IMG/VR virus record: IMGVR_UViG_3300025018_000482
Location: 1 to 26,720 of that record
Strand: one strand, 5' to 3'
DNA: 26,720 bases
DNA from: a virus
Taxonomy: Duplodnaviria; Caudoviricetes
Part shown: positions 17,093 through 25,843 of the stretch, in pieces
Numbering within the stretch: the first letter of the stretch is position 1
How the letters are laid out: each line of letters begins with the position of its first letter
Notes under the pieces: model-generated
Told to the model about the DNA's origin: nothing
What the model saw: only the letters and a program-made list of their open reading frames with translations
Databases searched by the model: none
Translations under genes and position numbers: made by a program

Positions 17093-18257
17093 AGATATAA
17101 GCGAAATGGGTGTGGCTAATATAGTTGGCTTTCAGGTTCCAATTGGAATTAAGAAAAGAAAAAAGAAAGTTGATGAGATGTTAGAGTTGAACAAGGATCT
17201 TCAGATATTTGAAGTCCTTTCATATCTTTCTGCATTAACTGAAAATAATTGTGCTATTGTAGAAAATTTATTAGATGAAAATCAATATGTTAAACTTGCT
17301 AGCATGATTAGAGAATCTTGTTTTGAGAGTGTTGCTAGAGCTTATATTAGAAATAAAATTCGTGAAGTTGTTAGAAAAAATGATAGTGGCGGTTATTCTT
17401 TGTATGCTCCTAATCCTGATAAAGGTAGCGTACCAAAAAAAGCTGCAGACTTTCCTACTAAAGCTGCCGCTAAACGTGCTGAGCTTCATAGATATCCACC
17501 AAAAGATCCAGGAAAATTAATACGACTTAAAAAGGAAGTCGACAAATTAAAAAAGAATCCTGAACTTGCAGTGATTGATAAAGATAAATCATTTCATCCA
17601 AAGAAAAAAACTGCTTCTGCATCTAAAGTTACTAAGATAGATAAAAAAGAAGCTATTGAAAGACTTGTTAAATCAATCACTGAGTCACTATTTCGTGAAG
17701 ATAAAAAGGGAAGTGAATGGGATGATTACGTAGCAAAATTATCTAAACAGGCAGTTTTAGCTGACAAATCTTTTCAATCATATCAAAAAGCTATAGTAAA
17801 AAGATCTGAAAAAACTCTTCATGATTCTTTTCTAAGTATAAAAGCTGCATTAACATCTAATGAGTTTGAAGCAAAAGATAAGGGAACAAAGAAAGATGAA
17901 GAGAGAGGTATAAACTTTCTTGAGTTTATGGTTGTAGATAAACAAGGTACTGCAGAGGTAGGACCATTCCATATAGTGATTGAAAATGGTTATCCAAAAA
18001 TAGATGTTTCATCAGAAGCAAAAAATGGAATGGTCAGACTTGATCCAGAAAGAAATAAGTTACTGCGTTCAGAATTAATGACAGTACAGGAAGATGTTCT
18101 AGATTCTGATGATTCAGTTTTAAGCGCTATTCAAAAAAGAGATGAGTATCTCATGAAGTCTGAAAGGAAACTTGATGACTTTGTTGCAAATTTAAATGCT
18201 CTTGAGATAACAATGCTTAAAAGAATACTGGTTTCTAAATACAGAAAAATTAGTTAA
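17085..18257 (+). CDS. Hypothetical protein, probable internal head/prohead core protein
   Basis: Overlaps the upstream gene; charged and helical, with several I/L-x-E sites (ISE, IRE, ITE) matching T4 gp21-type cleavage consensus. Confidence 0.6.
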   Translation: MSKDISEMGVANIVGFQVPIGIKKRKKKVDEMLELNKDLQIFEVLSYLSALTENNCAIVENLLDENQYVKLASMIRESCFESVARAYIRNKIREVVRKNDSGGYSLYAPNPDKGSVPKKAADFPTKAAAKRAELHRYPPKDPGKLIRLKKEVDKLKKNPELAVIDKDKSFHPKKKTASASKVTKIDKKEAIERLVKSITESLFREDKKGSEWDDYVAKLSKQAVLADKSFQSYQKAIVKRSEKTLHDSFLSIKAALTSNEFEAKDKGTKKDEERGINFLEFMVVDKQGTAEVGPFHIVIENGYPKIDVSSEAKNGMVRLDPERNKLLRSELMTVQEDVLDSDDSVLSAIQKRDEYLMKSERKLDDFVANLNALEITMLKRILVSKYRKIS

Positions 18258-18272
18258 TAGTTATATAAAGAT

Positions 18273-18396
18273 ATGATAAAGTGTAATTACGGATATGGAA
18301 AAGAACCAACGATTATCTAAACCAAATGAAATAAATGCTCTTTCTAATTTGAGACCATTACGGACAAGAGAAAATTTATCAAGGGATAAAAAATAA
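18273..18396 (+). pseudogene. Collapsed remnant of an HNH-type homing endonuclease gene
   Basis: Two short out-of-frame pieces: MIKCNYGYGKEP.. (18273-18320) and ..EINALSNLRPLRTRENLSRDKK* (ending 18396). The second resembles the NLxPL...ENLSK C-terminus of HNH endonucleases, and its TAA overlaps the protease ATG. Confidence 0.5.
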
Positions 18397-18992
18397 TGAA
18401 AAAACAACTACTACGTGAATGGTATGCTATCGATTATACTAAAGATATGATAAGCGAGTCACGTGAAAAACATAATGGAAATATTGTTCTTCCAGCTATT
18501 CTTCAAAAATCTAAATTAAAGAATCAAAATGGTAGAATATATCCTCATGAAGTTCTTCAACGTGAAGTTATGAATTATGAGAAAGTTGTTCGTGAGTGTA
18601 GAGCTCTTGGTGAGCTTGATCATCCTGAAACTTCTACTGTAGCATTAGATAGAGCTTCTCATATTGTAAAAGAAATTTTTTGGGAGGGTGACGTTGTACG
18701 AGGGATGGTAGAGATTCTTAGTACTCCTAAAGGAAAGATATTAGAATCTCTTTTAGAATCTGGTGTAAGAATTGGTATGTCGAGTAGAGGTGTTGGTAGT
18801 ACAGAATCAACTAATGAAGGAACTGATGTTGTACAAGATGACTATCAACTTATTTGTTTTGATGCTGTAAGTGAGCCATCAACGCCCGGCGCATTTATTA
18901 ATGAATCTGTAGAAATTAATTCTAAAGAATTATGGACTAAATCTGATAGAATTTGGCGAGCTTTAAATGATTTAGAAATAGGAAGGAAATAA
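18396..18992 (+). CDS. Prohead core protein protease (T4 gp21-like)
   Basis: NQNGRIYP, ALGELDHP, ASHIV, STPKGKIL, GMSSRGVGS, DYQLICFDAVSEPSTPGAF. Confidence 0.95.
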   Translation: MKKQLLREWYAIDYTKDMISESREKHNGNIVLPAILQKSKLKNQNGRIYPHEVLQREVMNYEKVVRECRALGELDHPETSTVALDRASHIVKEIFWEGDVVRGMVEILSTPKGKILESLLESGVRIGMSSRGVGSTESTNEGTDVVQDDYQLICFDAVSEPSTPGAFINESVEINSKELWTKSDRIWRALNDLEIGRK

Positions 18993-18994
18993 CA

Positions 18995-19294
18995 ATGCAA
19001 TTAGGCGATTTTTATGGACAAACGCAAGCTGTAGTAACTTCCGTCACAGGATCAACTGGGTCATCAGTTTTATTATACTCAAACAATAATAGAATAAGAG
19101 TCAGTTTTTATAATCATAGCACTGCAGCTTTGTTTCTTAAATTTGGTGATGCAGCTTCGTTAACTGATTTTTCAGTTAAACTAGGATCAGGGTCATATTT
19201 TGAAACTCCAATGCCAATTCATACATCAAGTATTACTGGCATGTGGGATGCTGCAGCTGGGTCTGTGTATATAACTGAATTAGGAAAGAAATAA
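18995..19294 (+). CDS. Small beta-rich virion protein, possible capsid vertex/spike base
   Basis: 99 aa of alternating beta-strand pattern (RIRVSFYN, LFLKFG, SVKLGSG, SVYITE), directly upstream of a fibre-like gene within the head module. Confidence 0.5.
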   Translation: MQLGDFYGQTQAVVTSVTGSTGSSVLLYSNNNRIRVSFYNHSTAALFLKFGDAASLTDFSVKLGSGSYFETPMPIHTSSITGMWDAAAGSVYITELGKK

Positions 19295-19306
19295 AGGTAT
19301 TAACCA

Positions 19307-21949
19307 ATGCCTCTTTATCATGCCCCAATATCCACAAATGGATTATTTGTTGGACCAAATATTTCGAATGGTGGATTATTTAATATATCGGCAGTAGTAG
19401 CTGCAGTTACGTCATCATTAAATTTTTCTATTCCAGCTACGCAGACGTTTACTACGGCAAACGCTACTCATCAATGGTTGATGCAGGAGTTAAGTGGTAC
19501 TAACTATGCTGACACAGGAACAGGAACTGCAGCTGATATAGATACATACATCGGTGGATTACAAGCACAACCTGCTTATGGAATATACAATGGTTCAAGT
19601 TTTGTAGCTACAAAGGCATGGGAAACAACTGCTGCAACAGACCGTGCAGCAACATCAAGCGCCACAGCTTTAAATTCTAATAATACAAATTTATGCGTTC
19701 GTGTTGCATTTAGATGTAATACTATACCAGCTGCCTCTTCCTCATTAATTAGTAAGAGAGACGGAGCGAATGCTGGGTGGCTTATATCATTTACAGATAC
19801 AGGCGCTTTAGAAGTTCTTATTGAAGACACATCAGGAAGTGTAGCTGCTCAAGGAATAGCTGGCAATCACTGTGATGGTGCTTTACACTATGTTGAATTC
19901 TATTACAACGATGCATCAAATGAATTAACTTCAAAGAGTGATATTACAACTAATGTAGCACTTGATGTATCTTCTGTATCAGCAACAATAACGAATACAT
20001 CGTTTGTATTTCTTGGTGATCCTTCCTCTGGTGTAACTGCAGCTGGTATACAATATGTTTATGTTGGTGGTGCTGAAGGTGCTGCTGCTGCAACAATGTT
20101 TGCTGAGTCATGGTGGACTCATGGTGATGATCCAACAGCACTACTCACAACAAACTCAAGAGCATCTACAATTGGTTTACCAGTAGATTCTGGAAGTGTA
20201 TCATATTTTTCTGGCGGACCAACAACTCCTCAAATTCCAATTGGTTGGCATCTTAGCTTAACTGGAACTACAGGTTACGGATTGTTTTGTAACGATACGA
20301 CAACAAATCATATGTCATACAGCGAAAATCTTGGAGCTGGTTGGGCAGATAATGGTGGTGGAACACATACAGTAAATACGCTTGTAGCTCCTGATGGTTT
20401 TAAGAGTGCTGGCACAGTAGTTAAAACATCAGGTTTCCAATATGGTGGATTGTGGGATAAAGTACTTCTTGTAAGTGGAACACAATATACGTTTAGTTGT
20501 TGGGTTAATGTTATAGCAGGTTCTGGACCAGATGTTGAGATAAGAAATGAGGCAGATGAAGTTGTTCTTACTGAAGCAAAATGGCTTACTCTTCCTGATG
20601 GTGTATGGCAAAAAATATATATGTCATATACTCCAGTTACAACATCAGAGCATGTGCTCAGACTTCGTGCGTCATATGGCGAAACAGCTGAAGACGCAAC
20701 TGTCGGATACTGGGGCATGCAGATTACTGAAGGAACAGGAAGCGCATGTTACGTTAGAACAACAGGAACTCCAGTCACTGTAGTAGAAAGCAATTACAGA
20801 GTTGCGAATATCGTTCCAACTGCTGCAGCAAATATTGCAGTGCCATGTGTTTCTGTTGCAAGAAATTCTGGAAGTTCATACGTCTTTGATACTGAAGCTG
20901 CAGTCGATCGTCGTGGTCTGTGCAGAAATGAGGGAACAGTATGGATGACGAAGTATGGAGATGTCACAGGATCTCTTTGGGCTAACATCTCTGGATCTGG
21001 ACCATTATTTGGTGAGTACTCTAGCATTGTCGCTAGATGGGATGTTGATGCGGGAGGTCTTGCAGAAAATACGGCGTATGTAGCAGCAACACACATTAAT
21101 ACTACACCAAGTTTTTGGAATGCAGATAAAGCTTGGTCAGCAACATCTAGCTCTGTAAGATTCGTATCGGCAGCAACTGCAGTAGCTGAAGCAAGTAGAG
21201 ACTTGTTAATAGGTAGATCAACAGCAGCAGGTACATCATTTAATGGATTCATCGAATCAGTAACTATAGTTGATACTCCAGGGGTTAAACCTGTATTGGT
21301 AGGATTACAACCTGGAACAGATTTCTGGTTGGTAAGTGAAACTGTAGATTTTAATACACAAGATATTGCTGCAGCAGGATATCCTGGAGAAAATGGGTGG
21401 TATAAAATATCATATACTTCTGGTGCAAAAGTTGTTACAGCGTCATTCGCAACTGATGATAATCCCAACTTTAATTTGCATATATCAGGAAATACTGGTG
21501 CTGAAATTAATACCACTGGATCAGCTTATTTATTCGGAAGATATAGATCAACGCTTAAATCATCACCTCAGTCAGGTACAGTTAGTGCTATGTTCTTTTA
21601 TAAGAATGACAACAATGAAATTGATGTTGAGATTTTAAGTAAGCAAAACGATATACACAGAGTTAACTTCGTTACTCACGGTCCAGCATCTGAAACGTAT
21701 ACTGTTGATCTTGGGTTTGATCCGAGTACAGATTTCCATGAGTATGGATTTGATTGGGCAACAAGCAGCATCAAATACTTTGTTGATGGTCATAAAGTTG
21801 CAGAGGCTACAGGAGCTAATGTTCCATATATTACAGGAACATTTATATTGAATCATTGGTCTGATGGTGGTGTTTGGTCTGCCGGTCCGCCAACTGCCGA
21901 ATCTAATATGGTAGTAAAAGAAATATCTGTATTATGGGATCCAACATAG
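19307..21949 (+). CDS. Head spike/fibre-like protein with LamG/carbohydrate-binding domains and C-terminal GH16 glycoside hydrolase
   Basis: T/S/A/G-rich, with LamG-like segments and a spike-fibre-type block (TNHMSYSEN..APDG..QYTFSCWV..WGMQITEG..YVRTTG). GH16 motifs: GAEI..YLFGRY, GTVSAMFFY, catalytic EIDVE (21617-21631), DFHEYGFDW, YFVDG. Confidence 0.75.
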   Translation: MPLYHAPISTNGLFVGPNISNGGLFNISAVVAAVTSSLNFSIPATQTFTTANATHQWLMQELSGTNYADTGTGTAADIDTYIGGLQAQPAYGIYNGSSFVATKAWETTAATDRAATSSATALNSNNTNLCVRVAFRCNTIPAASSSLISKRDGANAGWLISFTDTGALEVLIEDTSGSVAAQGIAGNHCDGALHYVEFYYNDASNELTSKSDITTNVALDVSSVSATITNTSFVFLGDPSSGVTAAGIQYVYVGGAEGAAAATMFAESWWTHGDDPTALLTTNSRASTIGLPVDSGSVSYFSGGPTTPQIPIGWHLSLTGTTGYGLFCNDTTTNHMSYSENLGAGWADNGGGTHTVNTLVAPDGFKSAGTVVKTSGFQYGGLWDKVLLVSGTQYTFSCWVNVIAGSGPDVEIRNEADEVVLTEAKWLTLPDGVWQKIYMSYTPVTTSEHVLRLRASYGETAEDATVGYWGMQITEGTGSACYVRTTGTPVTVVESNYRVANIVPTAAANIAVPCVSVARNSGSSYVFDTEAAVDRRGLCRNEGTVWMTKYGDVTGSLWANISGSGPLFGEYSSIVARWDVDAGGLAENTAYVAATHINTTPSFWNADKAWSATSSSVRFVSAATAVAEASRDLLIGRSTAAGTSFNGFIESVTIVDTPGVKPVLVGLQPGTDFWLVSETVDFNTQDIAAAGYPGENGWYKISYTSGAKVVTASFATDDNPNFNLHISGNTGAEINTTGSAYLFGRYRSTLKSSPQSGTVSAMFFYKNDNNEIDVEILSKQNDIHRVNFVTHGPASETYTVDLGFDPSTDFHEYGFDWATSSIKYFVDGHKVAEATGANVPYITGTFILNHWSDGGVWSAGPPTAESNMVVKEISVLWDPT

Positions 21950-21960
21950 AAAGAATAAAA

Positions 21961-22506
21961 ATGAAAACGAAAGAATTAGTTGAAATGATAAGAGTGATTG
22001 TTGCTGAAGAGGTTAGAAAGCAATTACCTAATGTTGTGTCTGAAATGTATCTAAAAAGACTTATTGAAGATTCAGGTCCTAAATATAAAGTGGAGAAACA
22101 AGTCACAGCTCAACCAAAGAAATCATTTTCTGAGATATTCGAAGATGAGATTAATTCTTTACGGAATGAAGAAACTCCAGAACCATTAGACAATGAAGAT
22201 GATGGTATATACCAACAAAGTTCAGTTATACATAAAGAGTCTGTGAGAGATAGACTTACGTCTCCAGATAATCCTTTTGCAGCAATGTACGAAGGTGTAG
22301 TTCCAAATGAGCAAAAAGCTCAATCACCTAAGGGTATTGATCCAAATGTATTTGGTGATCCAAAGCAATATGGTAAATTCTTTAAGAAAATGAATGAAGT
22401 TGCAGGTCCTAAAGGTCCAATGGCACAAACTGATGATGCTAAGATGCGAGAACTTGAGTTAAGGCGAAGACAACTCGACGAGATAAAGGTAGATGTCAAA
22501 GGTTAG
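21961..22506 (+). CDS. Hypothetical protein, probable internal head protein
   Basis: ATG 21961 (MKTKELVEMIRVIVAEEVRKQL) avoids overlap with the upstream gene and is preferred to 21934. The protein is charged and helical. Confidence 0.6.
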   Translation: MKTKELVEMIRVIVAEEVRKQLPNVVSEMYLKRLIEDSGPKYKVEKQVTAQPKKSFSEIFEDEINSLRNEETPEPLDNEDDGIYQQSSVIHKESVRDRLTSPDNPFAAMYEGVVPNEQKAQSPKGIDPNVFGDPKQYGKFFKKMNEVAGPKGPMAQTDDAKMRELELRRRQLDEIKVDVKG

Positions 22507-23605
22507 AGAAGCATACTATAGCGCCACTGCGTATACTAGACCTGATTCTTCAGGTATACGTGGTAAGGGTGCTAATATGAAAGCATTCTCGCTTGGCTCT
22601 AATGAATATCCATATGACAAAGCCAGACTATGGGGTGAACCATCTGAATATGGTAAACATAGTGCTGGTGATCATGGTGGTTCACGATCGAATGTTCCAG
22701 TTCCACGTTATCTTGACGGACAAGATGATAGATGGATTGATGATGTTACAGATGTAGATGTTGATGAACAAGCTGAAGATGATGGATGGATGTCAGCAAC
22801 TCCAATGCGTGGAAATATAGTAGATAATCCAGCTGGTCATTCTAAGTTTGATGGAATTGAAGACGAGTATTATGCTGATGGTGAAGATGAGATAGATGAA
22901 GCTGCAGGATCACCATCTAATATAGCTAAAGCTGGTTCTGGTGGTTCACAAAACACTGGTGGAAGATTGCAACCAGGATCAGGTGGTTCATGGAGTGGCC
23001 GTCCTAAAGGTGATGGATGGGATAACATTATGCCTGATGACGAGCTTGAGAAAGCTGGTTCATTTCGTCAAGATGAATATAACTATGGTCTTCCTTTTAC
23101 GAGTAACATTGTGAAAGGTAAAACGAGAACTACTGATACACCTGAAGAAGAAATTCCTACGCCAAAGTCTACTACGATGATTAGATTTGGCATGACCCCT
23201 GGGCAAAATACAAAACAAGCGAGGCATAGTCCTGGAATGTCTACACGAGAAAATATACACAGAGAATTAGTAGAGGCATTTGTAAGTCTCAAAAGTATAC
23301 CACAAGCTTCTAAATGTGATACAACTTCGATTCATAACATTGACTTAGGGTTTATCTTAAAATCATTTCAAGATGTGTCAGGACAAGCTAGAGACGCTTT
23401 AAATTCGTTTGATGAAGCAGACGTTATAAAGTTTCTTATTGGGGCAGATCCTGATTATTTCATGAAATCTCTTGGATCTATTGGAAAAGATAAACTTATC
23501 AATATTTATGATGAGTGGATATCTGGTGTTTTAGAAAAAGATAAAGATGCTATAGAAAAAATGGCCGAGCGTATCTTAACTTCGGTTGCAACGATGAGGA
23601 AATAA
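22493..23605 (+). CDS. Hypothetical acidic, Gly-rich, partly disordered protein (probable internal head protein)
   Basis: Overlapping start; D/E/G-rich N-terminal two-thirds and helical C-terminus; VRE|A, IDE|A and LVE|A candidate protease sites. Confidence 0.6.
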   Translation: MSKVREAYYSATAYTRPDSSGIRGKGANMKAFSLGSNEYPYDKARLWGEPSEYGKHSAGDHGGSRSNVPVPRYLDGQDDRWIDDVTDVDVDEQAEDDGWMSATPMRGNIVDNPAGHSKFDGIEDEYYADGEDEIDEAAGSPSNIAKAGSGGSQNTGGRLQPGSGGSWSGRPKGDGWDNIMPDDELEKAGSFRQDEYNYGLPFTSNIVKGKTRTTDTPEEEIPTPKSTTMIRFGMTPGQNTKQARHSPGMSTRENIHRELVEAFVSLKSIPQASKCDTTSIHNIDLGFILKSFQDVSGQARDALNSFDEADVIKFLIGADPDYFMKSLGSIGKDKLINIYDEWISGVLEKDKDAIEKMAERILTSVATMRK

Positions 23606-23606
23606 A

Positions 23607-24332
23607 ATGGAATTAACAGCTGAAGAACTTGAAGAAGTTATTAAAAGTGTCATTAAGAGCATAGGCGAAGAAGGCGAAAAGGGCCGTGATGGTTATGTCG
23701 ATGATGAAGTAAAACCAAACGGTTACTGTAAAACTCCTGCATCTGATTTTTCTGAGCCTTCTGAAGAAGGTAATATCACAAAGAAACAAGGTAGTTCCAA
23801 TATGGGTCCTTGGACATCAGAGTCAGTTCTTCGTGCGTTTATTAGTAAAATAATAAGAGAATCTATTAAAGTCAAACATATTCCACAGAAGCAAGCTAAG
23901 TTATCTGCACCATATAATGCAGCAAGAATTCAAGTTGGCGAAGCTGGTGATATTATGAATAGCACAGTTCCTGCTTGGCACTCAACTAAAAAAGGTGGCA
24001 CGGTTTGGGAAGATATCGATGCATGGTACAGACCAAAGACACAACATAAAACTAGAAGTCAAGCTAAGTTTGAGGGAAATATGTTAGACAGTGTGTATGA
24101 AGCAAGAACATGTGAGAAAAAAGATTGTTGCAGCGATGATGAAGATATCAAAAGTGAAAGAAGAGTTCAGATTTATAAAGAAAGCTTAAGCAATTTAATG
24201 GATGATTCTAGTGGAAATGTAACATTTCGTCTTACTTCTAATGAAGCAAGAACTGATTCAAACGGAAATGTTTTAGTTAGACTAGATTCAGAAGATGTAA
24301 AATTGCTTAAAAATTTGCTCATGAAAAAGTAA
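23607..24332 (+). CDS. Hypothetical protein (probable internal head protein)
   Basis: Starts 1 nt after the upstream stop; LEEVIKSVI and LRAFISKIIRES helical motifs resemble neighbouring core-type proteins. Confidence 0.6.
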   Translation: MELTAEELEEVIKSVIKSIGEEGEKGRDGYVDDEVKPNGYCKTPASDFSEPSEEGNITKKQGSSNMGPWTSESVLRAFISKIIRESIKVKHIPQKQAKLSAPYNAARIQVGEAGDIMNSTVPAWHSTKKGGTVWEDIDAWYRPKTQHKTRSQAKFEGNMLDSVYEARTCEKKDCCSDDEDIKSERRVQIYKESLSNLMDDSSGNVTFRLTSNEARTDSNGNVLVRLDSEDVKLLKNLLMKK

Positions 24333-24359
24333 TCGCTTAGAAAAGAAAGTAGGATAGAA

Positions 24360-24587
24360 GTGGATCCAGGTGATGCAGTTATAGGAAAACATTTAGAAGT
24401 AGTAGCTAGACGAGATGAGAGCGGCGACAGAATGATCAAGCGTTTTACAAAGATGGTTCGTAATGATGGTGTTCTAAAGGAGGTGATGAATAGAACGTAT
24501 TATGAAAAACCATCTATTGTTAAGCGTCGTAAACGAAGAAATGCAATTTGGGAACTGAGTAACAACAATACTACTAAAAAAAAGTAA
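24360..24587 (+). CDS. rpsU: Phage-encoded ribosomal protein bS21
   Basis: EVVARRDESGDRMIKRFTKMVRNDGVLKEVMNRTYYEKPSIVKRRKRRNA matches the bS21 pattern (ES.D..I.RF.K.V...G.L.E...R..YEKPS..R.K). GTG start with AGGA 5 nt upstream. Confidence 0.88.
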   Translation: MDPGDAVIGKHLEVVARRDESGDRMIKRFTKMVRNDGVLKEVMNRTYYEKPSIVKRRKRRNAIWELSNNNTTKKK

Positions 24588-24671
24588 ATAAAATTGTGAA
24601 AAAAAAGATTAAAAAAGATATCCATCTTTATTTACTTGTAGAATACTCATTAAATTAACGGGGTATTATAA

Positions 24672-25817
24672 ATGATTAGTAAAAGAAAAAGCGTAGTAGC
24701 GGAGTCAATTGTGGACGCAAAAGCAATTAGTGAAGAAGCAATTGGAGTGGCAAAACAGCAACTCGTCGAGCAGTTGGCACCAGCCATCAAAAATCTCGTC
24801 GGGAGTATCCTTAAAGAATCATCTGAGTATGAGGATATTGATAGACTAAATAGGTCTAGAGATGGTCGGGGTGAAACCGAATTTGAGGAAAACGTAGACA
24901 TCAAAGGAGATAATGAAATGGCTAAAGAAAAAGAGAAAGATCTAGAAAAAGAGTCTCTGGATGCAATGTTTCCAGGGATTTCTGAGATGGAAGGCGAAGA
25001 AGAAGAAATGGCGACTGAGACAGCTGATCAAGATGAAGACGATATGGGTCAAATGGAAAGAAGAATTCCAACTCTTGGTGAAGGCGAAGAAGGCGAAGGC
25101 GAAGAAGAGGATGAAGGTGATATGGATGAAGAAATCAGTATCAGCCCAGCAGGCTTAAGAAAAGCATACGAGGCAGTTATGAAAACTAATAAAGCATTGA
25201 AAGAAGTAGACGTATCATCTGGATTCAAAGATTCTGCAAAATCGACAGAATGGAATACTGAAGATTCTCCTCCAACAGATCGTGGTCTTTCTGACAAAGA
25301 GAAAGTTGCTGCGTGGGAAGAAGAAGAGCCAAAAGCAGCTCAAGATTATCAAGTGAAAGAAGCTATTGAGAAAGGTCTCAAAGAGAATACCGAACTCCGT
25401 AGATACGTTGAGCATCTTGAGAGTCAGTATTCTAGAGCAGTTGGTGTCATTAGAAAACTTAAAGAGCAGATTTCTGAAGTCAATCTTTTCAATCAAAAGG
25501 TTGTTCATGTTAATGAGTTGTTCCATAAGTTTGGTCTTAAGAATCTTACTAAAGAGCAAAGAGACATCGTCATCAAGAAGATTGATGAAGCAATTACTGT
25601 TCGTGAAGTAAAAATGGTAGCTGAAGCACTTAGGGCTTCGTTTAAAAGTTCGCAATCAATAAGTGAGTCTAGAACACGTAGACCCAAAGCTGACGCATCT
25701 AAAAGAACAACTAGCGGTTCTCCGAACCAAAAAGTCCTCAGAGAGTCTGTGGATAACAGCCCGCGTGAACAATACGCGCGTATGCGAGAGCTAGCAGGCA
25801 TCGTAGGAAGCAAATAA
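24672..25817 (+). CDS. Prohead core scaffold protein (T4 gp22-like)
   Basis: Directly upstream of the major capsid gene; very acidic middle, coiled-coil C-terminal half, terminal RMRELAGI helix, and many L/I-x-E sites. Confidence 0.75.
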   Translation: MISKRKSVVAESIVDAKAISEEAIGVAKQQLVEQLAPAIKNLVGSILKESSEYEDIDRLNRSRDGRGETEFEENVDIKGDNEMAKEKEKDLEKESLDAMFPGISEMEGEEEEMATETADQDEDDMGQMERRIPTLGEGEEGEGEEEDEGDMDEEISISPAGLRKAYEAVMKTNKALKEVDVSSGFKDSAKSTEWNTEDSPPTDRGLSDKEKVAAWEEEEPKAAQDYQVKEAIEKGLKENTELRRYVEHLESQYSRAVGVIRKLKEQISEVNLFNQKVVHVNELFHKFGLKNLTKEQRDIVIKKIDEAITVREVKMVAEALRASFKSSQSISESRTRRPKADASKRTTSGSPNQKVLRESVDNSPREQYARMRELAGIVGSK

Positions 25818-25827
25818 GGATTTTTTA

Positions 25828-25839
25828 AAAGGAGATAAT
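25828..25839 (+). promoter_or_regulatory. Strong ribosome-binding site of major capsid gene (AAAGGAGATAAT)
   Basis: AGGAG at 25830-25834 precedes ATG 25844; an identical 12-mer occurs at 24903-24914. Confidence 0.75.
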
Positions 25840-25843
25840 AATA

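Noticed and set aside
20794-21516. 240-aa minus-strand ORF and the other short antisense or alternate-frame ORFs in the track
   Set aside because: They are shadows of well-supported + strand genes, arising from codon bias, and have no motifs or RBS.
21934-21960. ORF-track start at 21934
   Set aside because: It overlaps the upstream gene's end; ATG 21961 gives a cleaner, non-overlapping start.
24614-24634. Intrinsic terminator after bS21 (AAAGAT-atcc-ATCTTT-ATTTA)
   Set aside because: The stem is AU-rich and weak and the U-tract is interrupted, so it cannot be supported.
25079-25130. GAAGGCGAA-type tandem repeats
   Set aside because: They simply encode the EGEEGEGEEE low-complexity tract of the scaffold; not a CRISPR array or DNA-level repeat.
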